42,567 nt of DNA from Planctomycetaceae bacterium (GTDB taxonomy: Bacteria > Planctomycetota > Planctomycetia > Pirellulales > Thermoguttaceae): assembly GCA_031256755.1 (NCBI GenBank), contig JAIRPZ010000140.1, positions 1-42,567 of the forward strand. Direction: 5' to 3'. This document shows positions 1 through 7,783 of the stretch, piece by piece (within the stretch, counting starts at the first letter, position 1; each line of letters begins with the position of its first letter). The notes beneath the pieces are model-generated. The model saw only the letters and a program-made list of their open reading frames with translations, was not told where the DNA came from and searched no databases. Both the position numbers and the translations under genes were made by a program.

Positions 1-129
1 AATGACCCGGATTACAGCGGACGGCTGACGATAGCGAAAAAATATATTTCGCCGGCAACAACGGACTTGACCTTTGAAGTCAAATCCGGCGGAACGAAAG
101 TTTTCGATATTACAGTCGAAAAGCCGTAA
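1..129 (+). CDS. 3' end of an upstream gene (last 42 codons), unknown function
   Basis: Frame +1 is open from the window edge to TAA at 127-129. It translates to NDPDYSGRLTIAKKYISPATTDLTFEVKSGGTKVFDITVEKP*, a protein-like, beta-rich tail. A promoter for the next gene follows. The antisense 60-aa ORF at 12..194 looks like a shadow ORF. Confidence 0.45.
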   Translation, partial: NDPDYSGRLTIAKKYISPATTDLTFEVKSGGTKVFDITVEKP

Positions 130-156
130 ACGCTTATTCGTGAAAACGGGGCGGGA

Positions 157-183
157 TTGCGCCGGGCAGCATTGTGGTATAAT
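157..183 (+). promoter_or_regulatory. sigma-70-type promoter with extended -10 (TTGCGC ... TGgTATAAT) for the MFS gene
   Basis: TGGTATAAT lies at 175-183 and a TTGCGC -35-like hexamer at 157-162 (15-nt spacer). This is 30 nt upstream of the ATG at 213. The same 13-mer TTGTGGTATAATG recurs at 1584-1596. Confidence 0.5.
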
Positions 184-212
184 GTTTTGATCAACTTCCT
201 GTTTGTAATTTA

Positions 213-1466
213 ATGCTGCCGTCTGTTCCTGCTCCGAAGATCGTGTATCCCCTTCTTTGGGCATTATGCGTTTCGCATCTTTTCAATGATGCGTTTCAAT
301 CCGTTATTCCTGCCGTTTCACCGCTGTTTCAGAAATCGCTGCAACTGACCTATACGCAAATCGGTCTCATTGCAACGGTTTTCCAACTTGCGTCTTCCAT
401 TTTCCAGCCGGTTGTCGGCTGGGTGACCGACCGGTATCCGCTCCCTTATTCTTTGCCTGCCGGAATGACTTCCACGTTGATCGGTATCCTGCTTTTGTCT
501 CACGCATGGAACTTTTATGCTGTTTTGACAGCGGTGACATTCATCGGTTTCGGGTCGGCAGTTTTTCATCCAGAGGCATCCCGGTTAGTGTATATGACTT
601 CCGGCGGTCGTCCCGGTTTTGCCCAATCGCTCTTTCAGGTCGGCGGTAATGCCGGTTCATCGCTCGGTCCGCTGCTTGCGGCTGTTGTAACCCTTTACGG
701 ACAAAAAAATATCATTTGGTTCGGCATTCTCGTCTTTCTTGCCGTTCTTTGGATGATCCCGTTGAGCCGGTGGTATGCACGGCGGCTCAAACAACAGCGG
801 GCGGCAACCGCTGCACCGGGCAATTTATCGGTTTCTCTTGCCGGTTCCCCGGAAGTGCTGCTGCCGCACAATGCGTCCGGTTCGCTGCCGAATGCACCGG
901 TATACCGGGCGGTCTTCATTCTTTTGCTGCTGGTTTTCTCGAAAAATTTGTACACGGTCTGTTTCAGCAACTTTTTGATTTTCTATCTTATAGAACAGTA
1001 CCGCATTTCGATTTTGGCTTCGCAGTTATTCCTTTTTGCTTTTCTTTTGGCGGTGGCAGCGGGAACGATTCTCGGCGGTCCTGCCGGAGACCGGTTCGGG
1101 CGAAAATGGGTGATCTGGTTTTCGATTCTCGGAGCCGCTCCGTTTTCGCTGATATTGCCTTACGTTCATTCGCTTTGGGCGACCTGTGTATTAAGTATGG
1201 TGATCGGTGCGGTGATGGCATCTTCGTTTCCGGCGATTTTAATTTTTGCACAGGAATTGATACCGGGCAAAGTCGGGACAGTCGGCGGTTTATTTTTCGG
1301 ATTTTCTTTTGGTGCCGGAGCGATTGCGTCGGCACTGCTCGGCGTATTGGCGGATATCGGCGGCGTAACATTTGTCTATAATCTTTGTTCTTATATGCCG
1401 CTCATCGGACTGCTCACTTGGTTTTTGCCGAATCTCCGCCGGCAGCCCGTAAAAGGAGAGAATTGA
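213..1466 (+). CDS. MFS transporter (Fsr/fosmidomycin-resistance-like subfamily)
   Basis: 417-aa ORF starting at ATG 213, with about 12 hydrophobic helices. MFS loop motifs GWVTDRYP and GGPAGDRFGRKW (motif A-like) are present in both halves. Confidence 0.85.
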   Translation: MLPSVPAPKIVYPLLWALCVSHLFNDAFQSVIPAVSPLFQKSLQLTYTQIGLIATVFQLASSIFQPVVGWVTDRYPLPYSLPAGMTSTLIGILLLSHAWNFYAVLTAVTFIGFGSAVFHPEASRLVYMTSGGRPGFAQSLFQVGGNAGSSLGPLLAAVVTLYGQKNIIWFGILVFLAVLWMIPLSRWYARRLKQQRAATAAPGNLSVSLAGSPEVLLPHNASGSLPNAPVYRAVFILLLLVFSKNLYTVCFSNFLIFYLIEQYRISILASQLFLFAFLLAVAAGTILGGPAGDRFGRKWVIWFSILGAAPFSLILPYVHSLWATCVLSMVIGAVMASSFPAILIFAQELIPGKVGTVGGLFFGFSFGAGAIASALLGVLADIGGVTFVYNLCSYMPLIGLLTWFLPNLRRQPVKGEN

Positions 1467-1567
1467 CATTTTGTTGCCGCCGGACTTGACCCGCGGAGAA
1501 TGGAACCGTCAAAAAGACAGAAAGACACAGGAAAAATGAGACACCCAAACGCGGCAACGTCCCTCTC

Positions 1568-1595
1568 TTGCGCAAAACGGGTCTTGTGGTATAAT
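1568..1595 (+). promoter_or_regulatory. sigma-70-type promoter (TTGCGC-16 nt-TGgTATAAT) for rnd
   Basis: TTGCGC at 1568-1573 and TGGTATAAT at 1587-1595. The ORF-track ATG at 1594 sits inside the -10 box (TATAATG), so the real start is placed downstream. Confidence 0.55.
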
Positions 1596-1653
1596 GGGGG
1601 CAAAGTTGCGGGTTTTCCTTTTCTTCCTGCGGTTTTCCCCTGATTTATACGGC

Positions 1654-2823
1654 ATGCCCCATCTGACCGTTTCGACATCCGGCGAATTGCACGATCTCTG
1701 CCGCCGGCTGCAACATGCGGACACCATTGCTTACGATACCGAATTTATTTCAGAAGGACGCTATGAACCGAAACTCTGCCTCGTCCAGATTGCCGCCGAC
1801 GACCTGTTGGCATTAGTTGATCCGATGACCATTTCCGACCTGACCCCGCTGTGGAAACTTTTCTGCGACGGCAAACGGGAAATGATCGTTCACGCCTGCC
1901 GGAGCGAAATGGAATTCTGCTGCCGCTCTGTCGGAAAAATGCCGCCGAAACTCTTTGATGTTCAGGTTGCCGCCGGATTTATCGGTCATGAATATCCGCT
2001 CGGCTTTGCCGCACTGCTGCAAAAATTTCTGAAACTGTCGCTGCGCAAAACAGAATCCCGGACAACGTGGAATCTGCGTCCGCTTACGCCGCTGCAAATT
2101 GAATATGCGCTCGATGATGTCCGCTATCTTAAAGAGATACGGCAAAATATCACCGCACAACTTCATGCAAAAAACCGGCTGGCTTGGTATTACGAGGAAA
2201 TCGAATCGGTCAAACAGACCTTGTACACTTATTTTACGGCGGAACACTGGCAGTCATTGCCGAAGATTTCCGGTTTGAAACCGCGGGAACTGGCGATTCT
2301 CCGGGAACTTTGGTTATGGCGGGACGCGGCGGCAAAACAGCGGAACATTCCGGCTTCGCGAATGTTCCGGGACGATTTGATTGTCGAACTTTCCCGGCGG
2401 CGGACGAATGACGAAAAACGGATTGCCGCTTTGCGGGGTATGCAGCGGACGGACATTGCCCGGATTCTGCCGGACATTGTTCTGGCGATCAGCAGGGGCT
2501 TGGATTTGCCGGAAGATCAATTGCCGGAACCGCCGCTTCGGACGGCGTATCCGCAGTATACGGTGATTTCGCAGATTCTTTATGCGGTTCTCGGTTCGAT
2601 CTGCAAGCGGGAACGGATGGCACCGCTGCTGGTCGGCAGTCCGAATGATGTTCGGGAGTGGATTGCGGCGGAATTGGGAACATTGCCGCAAAATGTTGTG
2701 CCGCGTCTTTCGTCCGGCTGGCGGAAAGAACTGGTCGGGACGCTGCTTGCCGACTTGTTCTACGGCAGAAAATCGCTGCAAATCAACCGCTGCGGCACCG
2801 AAGAACCGCTTATCGTCAGGTGA
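1654..2823 (+). CDS. rnd: ribonuclease D (DEDD 3'-5' exonuclease plus HRDC domain)
   Basis: Motifs IAYDTEF (DxE), HACRSEMEF and YALDDVRYL (Yx3D), then an HRDC-like LRELWLWRDAAAKQRNIPASRMFRDDLIVELS. Start moved to ATG 1654 (MPHLTV...) because 1594 lies in the promoter. Confidence 0.85.
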   Translation: MPHLTVSTSGELHDLCRRLQHADTIAYDTEFISEGRYEPKLCLVQIAADDLLALVDPMTISDLTPLWKLFCDGKREMIVHACRSEMEFCCRSVGKMPPKLFDVQVAAGFIGHEYPLGFAALLQKFLKLSLRKTESRTTWNLRPLTPLQIEYALDDVRYLKEIRQNITAQLHAKNRLAWYYEEIESVKQTLYTYFTAEHWQSLPKISGLKPRELAILRELWLWRDAAAKQRNIPASRMFRDDLIVELSRRRTNDEKRIAALRGMQRTDIARILPDIVLAISRGLDLPEDQLPEPPLRTAYPQYTVISQILYAVLGSICKRERMAPLLVGSPNDVREWIAAELGTLPQNVVPRLSSGWRKELVGTLLADLFYGRKSLQINRCGTEEPLIVR

Positions 2824-2953
2824 TAATGCGAAAACGGCTGATGAAAAGAAAGAACCGGAAGTTTTTTGCCCCCGATCCCACATCGCAAAATTATCCGGTA
2901 CAATAGAATTCACGTTCAGCGTTGACTCCTTTTTCCTTGTTTATCAAAATTCG

Positions 2954-4906
2954 ATGATTTTAGAAAAGCCAATTCCTGAATTTGCAGAGTGGTTTCTGCC
3001 GGCTGCGGCTGCATGGCTTATGGCCGTCGCCGCCCTGCTCGGCATAACTCTTGGTATCGGTTTCATTTTTGCCCTCATTTGGCACGGGAAACATTTTCCG
3101 CGTCCATTTGTCCGCACCGTTCAGCGGGGACTGGAAGGCGTAACCTCGTTTTCCGCCGCCCGAACCTGGGCAGTGGCACTGCTCACCGTCAAAGAATCCC
3201 TGCGCCGCCGCGTCATTTTCATCTTTGCCATGTTTATGGTTTTGCTCCTGATGGCGGGCTGGTTTCTTGATCCGAACAGCGAAGACCCCGCCCGGCTTTA
3301 CCTCTCTTTCGTCAGCGGCGCAACAATGGTTCTGGTACTTCTCCTCTCCCTCTTTTTAAGTGCATTCGGCTTGCCGACCGAATTCAAAACGAAAACGATT
3401 TACTCGATTGTGACCAAGCCGCTGCGCAGCAGTGAAATTGTGCTGGGACGCATCATCGGTGTCAGCGTGATCAGCACGGCAATGCTGATTTTTATGGGTA
3501 TTGCCAGTTATTTTTTCGTCACCAACGGGCTTCGGCACACTCATCTCTTGGAAGAACGGACGGACTTAACGCCGGTTTCGCTTGAATCCGGCAGCGGTAC
3601 AAACGATCCCCGTCAAATTATTTTTCAGGGCGAAACACGCCTGACCAACGGGCATAAGCATCCCGTAACGGTTTTCGCCGACGGCAGCGTTAGCGTTGCC
3701 CAAGTCAACGGACATACTCATCAGGTTACGGTGAAAAAAGAAGAAGGAAAACCGGCAAGATACACCGTCCACGACGAAAACGGCACAATGCAGGCGAGAA
3801 TTCCTGTTTATTGCAAACAACTCTCTTTCCGCAAAGGGGACAACATCGAAACCAGCGAAGGCATCAATGTCGGCGAAGAGTGGGAATACCGTTCTTATAT
3901 TGCCGGTGCTGCCGACGGCAAGACCGCCAGCGAAGCCGCCATTTTTTGTTTCCGGGGCATCAGCGAATCCGCCTTTAATGCCGAAACCATCAAACAGGGA
4001 ATTCCGGTGGAAATGAAACTGGGCGTTTTCCGCACGATCAAAGCGGATATTGAACAACGGGTGAACGGCAGTTTATCGATCCGTAATCCGAAAACGGGCT
4101 TGAAAGTGGAACTGATGACATTCAGCACCGAAGAATTTATTACGAAAACGCTTCTTTTACCCCGCACGTTTGAAGGTACGCCGCAGATTGTCCAGCGGCG
4201 GGGACGAAACGACGACAACACGCTTTTCGTTCAGCCGGACGACCGCACGGCTGCCGAAGGAAGAAATAATACCGATTTGATGCAGCGGAAGAATTTTGAT
4301 TTGTTCCAAGATTTTGTTGCGGACGGCGAAGTCGAAATCTGGCTGCAATGTTTGGATCGGATGCAGTATATCGGTGTTGCGCCGCGGGATTTGTATCTGC
4401 GTGCTGCTGATGCGCCGGTCGGATTCAACTTTGCCAAAAGTTTTTTCAGCATCTGGATGCAGATGATTATTTTGACATCTTTCGGTGTTTTATTCAGCAC
4501 TTTTTTGAGCGGTCCGATTGCAATGATTTCGACTGTCGGCGTGATGATTGCCGGTTTTGCAAAATCGTTTATGATCGATCTCGGTCTTAACAAAGTTTTG
4601 GGGGGCGGTCCTTTTGAATCGCTGTACCGGCTGTTGATTCAGCAAAATCTTGTGACTGATTTGCCTTCCAATATGGCGACATCCTTTGTCAAATTTTCGG
4701 ATCAGATATACGCTTATTTCCTGCTTCTGCTGGGACAAACCGTTCCGCCGCTGTCGGAATACGGCGTGTATGACAAGGCATTGGTGCAGGGCTTTGACAT
4801 TCCGGCGGGCTGGCTGCTGAACCACAGTGTCACAACGCTTGCCTATGTCATTCCTGTTGTGATTGCGGCATATTTGATCCTGAACAATCGGGAAGTGGCA
4901 AAATAA
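2954..4906 (+). CDS. ABC-2-type permease-like polytopic membrane protein with a roughly 300-aa extracytoplasmic insert
   Basis: Start set at ATG 2954 (MILEKPIPEF...). The ORF-track start at 2582 overlaps the end of rnd and encodes Arg/Cys-rich junk. N- and C-terminal TM bundles are present, plus the ABC-2 permease-like motif KTIYSIVTKPLRSSEIVLGRIIG. No ATPase gene is adjacent. Confidence 0.7.
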   Translation: MILEKPIPEFAEWFLPAAAAWLMAVAALLGITLGIGFIFALIWHGKHFPRPFVRTVQRGLEGVTSFSAARTWAVALLTVKESLRRRVIFIFAMFMVLLLMAGWFLDPNSEDPARLYLSFVSGATMVLVLLLSLFLSAFGLPTEFKTKTIYSIVTKPLRSSEIVLGRIIGVSVISTAMLIFMGIASYFFVTNGLRHTHLLEERTDLTPVSLESGSGTNDPRQIIFQGETRLTNGHKHPVTVFADGSVSVAQVNGHTHQVTVKKEEGKPARYTVHDENGTMQARIPVYCKQLSFRKGDNIETSEGINVGEEWEYRSYIAGAADGKTASEAAIFCFRGISESAFNAETIKQGIPVEMKLGVFRTIKADIEQRVNGSLSIRNPKTGLKVELMTFSTEEFITKTLLLPRTFEGTPQIVQRRGRNDDNTLFVQPDDRTAAEGRNNTDLMQRKNFDLFQDFVADGEVEIWLQCLDRMQYIGVAPRDLYLRAADAPVGFNFAKSFFSIWMQMIILTSFGVLFSTFLSGPIAMISTVGVMIAGFAKSFMIDLGLNKVLGGGPFESLYRLLIQQNLVTDLPSNMATSFVKFSDQIYAYFLLLLGQTVPPLSEYGVYDKALVQGFDIPAGWLLNHSVTTLAYVIPVVIAAYLILNNREVAK

Positions 4907-4930
4907 ATTTTCCGTACTCTACCAAACACA

Positions 4931-5905
4931 ATGAGCAAAATTAAACGGATTCTTGTAACCGGCGGAGCAGGGTTTCTCGGTTCATGTCTTTGCGAACGTC
5001 TCGTGCAGGAACAGCACGATGTCATCTGCGTGGATAATTTTTTCACCAGCCAGAAATCCAATGTTGCGGAACTTCTCGGCAAACCGAACTTCGAGTTAAT
5101 CCGGCACGACATCACGATGCCTCTTTTTCTCGAAGTCGATGAAATCTACAATCTTGCTTGTCCTGCCGCACCGGGACATTATCAGTATAATCCGATTAAA
5201 ACGATGAAAACTTCGCTGCGGGGATCGATCAATATGCTCGGTTTAGCCAAACGCTGCCGGGCAAAGATTCTGCAAGCGTCCACCAGCGAAGTGTACGGCG
5301 ATCCCGAAGTGCATCCGCAAACAGAGTCGTACCGCGGCTGCGTCAATCCGATCGGGACACGCGCCTGCTACGATGAAGGCAAACGCGCCGCCGAAGCCCT
5401 TTTTATGGATTACCGCCGGATGCACAAAATGCCGATCCGTATTGTTCGGATTTTCAACACTTACGGTCCCAAAATGCACCCCTACGACGGACGTGTTGTG
5501 TCCAATTTTATCCGGCAGGCACTTTGCGGCGAACCGGTCACGGTTTTCGGCGACGGTTCGCAAACCCGGTCGTTCTGTTATCGGGACGATCTTATTGAAG
5601 CCGTTATTCGGATGATGAACAACGACGAGGATTTTGCCGGCCCTGTGAACATCGGTAATCCGGCGGAGTTTACGATTCGGGAACTTGCCGATTTGGTTTT
5701 TGAATTAACCGGCAGTCCGAAAAAGATACAGGAAAAGCCGTTGCCGCCGGATGATCCGCGTCAGCGTAAGCCGGACATTTCGCTGGCAAAGGCGAAACTC
5801 TGCTGGGAACCGAAAACGCCGCTGAAAGAGGGGCTGCAAAAAACGATTGACTGGTTCCGCAGTATTGACATCGAACAATACCGTCCGCCGACTCCGCTTT
5901 ATTAG
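4931..5905 (+). CDS. uxs: UDP-glucuronate decarboxylase (UDP-xylose synthase, SDR family)
   Basis: Contains [18 protein letters not shown] (the GxxGxxG Rossmann motif), [32 protein letters not shown] (YxxxK) and FNTYGP, all characteristic of UXS-type decarboxylases. Confidence 0.9.
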   Translation: MSKIKRILVTGGAGFLGSCLCERLVQEQHDVICVDNFFTSQKSNVAELLGKPNFELIRHDITMPLFLEVDEIYNLACPAAPGHYQYNPIKTMKTSLRGSINMLGLAKRCRAKILQASTSEVYGDPEVHPQTESYRGCVNPIGTRACYDEGKRAAEALFMDYRRMHKMPIRIVRIFNTYGPKMHPYDGRVVSNFIRQALCGEPVTVFGDGSQTRSFCYRDDLIEAVIRMMNNDEDFAGPVNIGNPAEFTIRELADLVFELTGSPKKIQEKPLPPDDPRQRKPDISLAKAKLCWEPKTPLKEGLQKTIDWFRSIDIEQYRPPTPLY

Positions 5906-5918
5906 CCGCACAAACTTT

Positions 5919-5957
5919 GACAAGCCGGCGGCGTACATTCCTGCCTGTCTTTTTTTT
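5919..5957 (+). terminator. possible intrinsic terminator after uxs
   Basis: Stem GACAAGC (5919-5925) pairs with GCCTGTC (5943-5949) with one mismatch, followed directly by T8 (5950-5957). Confidence 0.4.
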
Positions 5958-5964
5958 GTATAAT
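5957..5964 (+). promoter_or_regulatory. -10 box TGTATAAT for the esterase gene
   Basis: TATAAT at 5959-5964 is preceded by TG. The ORF-track ATG at 5963 is inside this box, which supports the downstream start at 6002. Confidence 0.4.
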
Positions 5965-6001
5965 GGACTTCTGTGTTTTCTCTCTAACCAATTTCAGCCC
6001 G

Positions 6002-6829
6002 ATGAGATCCATATTGTTTTTTACAGCGGTCAGTTTCATGTTCGTTCCCGTCATGTTTGCCGAAGATCATCCCGCCGCTGAACGCGGGAAACAAACCGTG
6101 TTCAGCGTTGAACTGCCCGCCAGTACCAGTGTCCTTCCGCCCGGTCAATTTTTGGAACCAATGAGTATTCCCCGTCCGATCGATCCTTCCAAAAAAGAGA
6201 CCGTCCATTACTTTGTGTTTTTGCCGGCAGATTACGATAAGCAGGCGGAAGCCGGCGGCGCACCGCTGCTCCTCTTTTTACACGGCATCGGCGAATGCGG
6301 AAACGATGCCGGTGAAGTCAATCGGGTCAAAAATACCGGTCTGCCGAATTTTCTCGAAAAACCGGAGTTCAGCAAAAAGTTTTCGTGCATCGCCGTTTCA
6401 CCGCAGTGCAAAAAGGGATATGTGTGGTCGCCCGCCCAACTGATGCTCCTTCTTGACCATGTAGAAAAGCAATTCAAAGTCGACAAAAACCGGATTTATG
6501 TATCCGGTTTAAGTATGGGCGGCTACGGCACTTGGCTTTGTTTGAATGAAGCCCCGAACCGGTTTGCGGCAGCCGTGCCTATTTGCGGCGGTGCCAACCC
6601 CGAATGGGCAAAAAAATTAACCAACGTTCCGATTTGGGCGTTTCACGGCGGAAATGATAACGTCGTGAACAAAAGATTCCAAACGAAAATGGTAGAAGAA
6701 ATTCGGGCTGCCGGAGGAACAAAAATCATTTTCACGCTTTTCGACGGTGTCGGACACGATGCGTGGACTCCCGCCTACGCTAACCAACTGATCTACGATT
6801 GGCTGTTCAGTCAGCGTTTGGCAAAATGA
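6002..6829 (+). CDS. secreted alpha/beta-hydrolase (carboxylesterase / PHB-depolymerase-like esterase)
   Basis: Signal-peptide-like MRSILFFTAVSFMFVPVMFA. Nucleophile elbow GLSMGGYG, then FHGGNDNVV and GVGHDAW give a Ser-Asp-His arrangement. Confidence 0.8.
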   Translation: MRSILFFTAVSFMFVPVMFAEDHPAAERGKQTVFSVELPASTSVLPPGQFLEPMSIPRPIDPSKKETVHYFVFLPADYDKQAEAGGAPLLLFLHGIGECGNDAGEVNRVKNTGLPNFLEKPEFSKKFSCIAVSPQCKKGYVWSPAQLMLLLDHVEKQFKVDKNRIYVSGLSMGGYGTWLCLNEAPNRFAAAVPICGGANPEWAKKLTNVPIWAFHGGNDNVVNKRFQTKMVEEIRAAGGTKIIFTLFDGVGHDAWTPAYANQLIYDWLFSQRLAK

Positions 6830-7743
6830 GCCGTTTCTTCATGAATCTGCATGCTCACTTGGAGTTGAGTCAAATCGCCGCACCGTTTGAGTGTCCGTCC
6901 GGTGTTTCCCGGCAGACAACGGCAAATTGGATCGGCGAAATTCTTCGGTTCCGCCGCAGTCCGGTTTACAACGCCCGGAAAGGGATTGAACGGGGCTTGC
7001 AGCGGCAGGAACTGATTGAAACAACATCGCTGATCGCCGATATTGTGCCGAACCGTTGTCCGGCATTTTCGCAGCATTATATCAGCGGTTCGGCAGAGGT
7101 CTTTCCGTTTACCGAATTAATCGCTTGGAAACCGGAACAGGCGGAAACGGAATGGAAAGCCTTGCCCGATTGTTACGGTTTGTCGCCCCACGCCCCGCAC
7201 ACCGTTTGTCCCGAACTGCTGGAAAAAGCAGTCCAGTCAGGCAAGCCGCTGGCGATGCACCTTGCGGAAACGCCGGAAGAATTGCAACTGCTGCGGGATC
7301 ATTCAGGACCGCTGCTCGAAATGATGCGGCAAGCCGATCCCGATTATGATCCGAAAAAAACATTGCCGGGCAAACGTCCGATGGATTATCTGCAACTGCT
7401 GGCAGCGGCACCGCTGTCGCTGATCATTCACGGAAATTATCTTGCGGCAGACGAAATGCGGTTTCTTGCCGGACACCGGGAAACAATGATCGCGGTGTAT
7501 TGTCCCCGGTCGCATGCTTATTTCCGTCATTCCGCTTATCCGCTGCGGCAAATGCTGGACTTGGGTGTTTGCGTTGCGCTGGGAACGGACAGTACCGCTT
7601 CGTCTCCCGACTTGAGTATGGCGGCAGAAGTCCGGTTTGCCGCGGCGCAGCATCCGGCTGTTCCGCCGGAAACAATAAACCGGCTGGCATCGCAGGAAAG
7701 AATACAGAAATTGCTCTTGCATTTTTCCGGGGGAATTCGTTAA
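6826..7743 (+). CDS. amidohydrolase-superfamily protein (chlorohydrolase/deaminase-like), minimal barrel
   Basis: Metal-ligand motifs NLHAHLELS (HxH), MHLAETPEE, IIHGNYL and ALGTDS. Start ATG 6826 overlaps the esterase stop codon (ATGA), which suggests translational coupling. Confidence 0.75.
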   Translation: MSRFFMNLHAHLELSQIAAPFECPSGVSRQTTANWIGEILRFRRSPVYNARKGIERGLQRQELIETTSLIADIVPNRCPAFSQHYISGSAEVFPFTELIAWKPEQAETEWKALPDCYGLSPHAPHTVCPELLEKAVQSGKPLAMHLAETPEELQLLRDHSGPLLEMMRQADPDYDPKKTLPGKRPMDYLQLLAAAPLSLIIHGNYLAADEMRFLAGHRETMIAVYCPRSHAYFRHSAYPLRQMLDLGVCVALGTDSTASSPDLSMAAEVRFAAAQHPAVPPETINRLASQERIQKLLLHFSGGIR

Positions 7744-7783
7744 CATTTCCCGCAGAGAACGTTTTCTTGTTGCGAAACTGCCC

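Noticed and set aside
1594-1653. ORF-track starts at 1594 (rnd), 5963 (esterase), 17677 (cbiX-like), 38974 (kinase) and 11400 (cstA).
   Set aside because: Each lies inside or just upstream of a strong promoter match or repeat element (TATAATG at 1590-1596 and 5959-5965, the TTGACC-16-TATAAT spacer at 38964-38979). Downstream ATGs give sensible N-termini, either signal peptides or conserved family starts.
2582-2953. N-terminal 124 codons of the 774-aa ORF-track entry overlapping the 3' end of rnd.
   Set aside because: The translation (MRFSVRSASGNGWHRCWSAVRMMFGSGLRRNWEHCRK...) is Arg/Cys/Trp-rich and overlaps a confident rnd reading frame. A proper start, MILEKPIPEF at 2954, immediately precedes the first TM helix.
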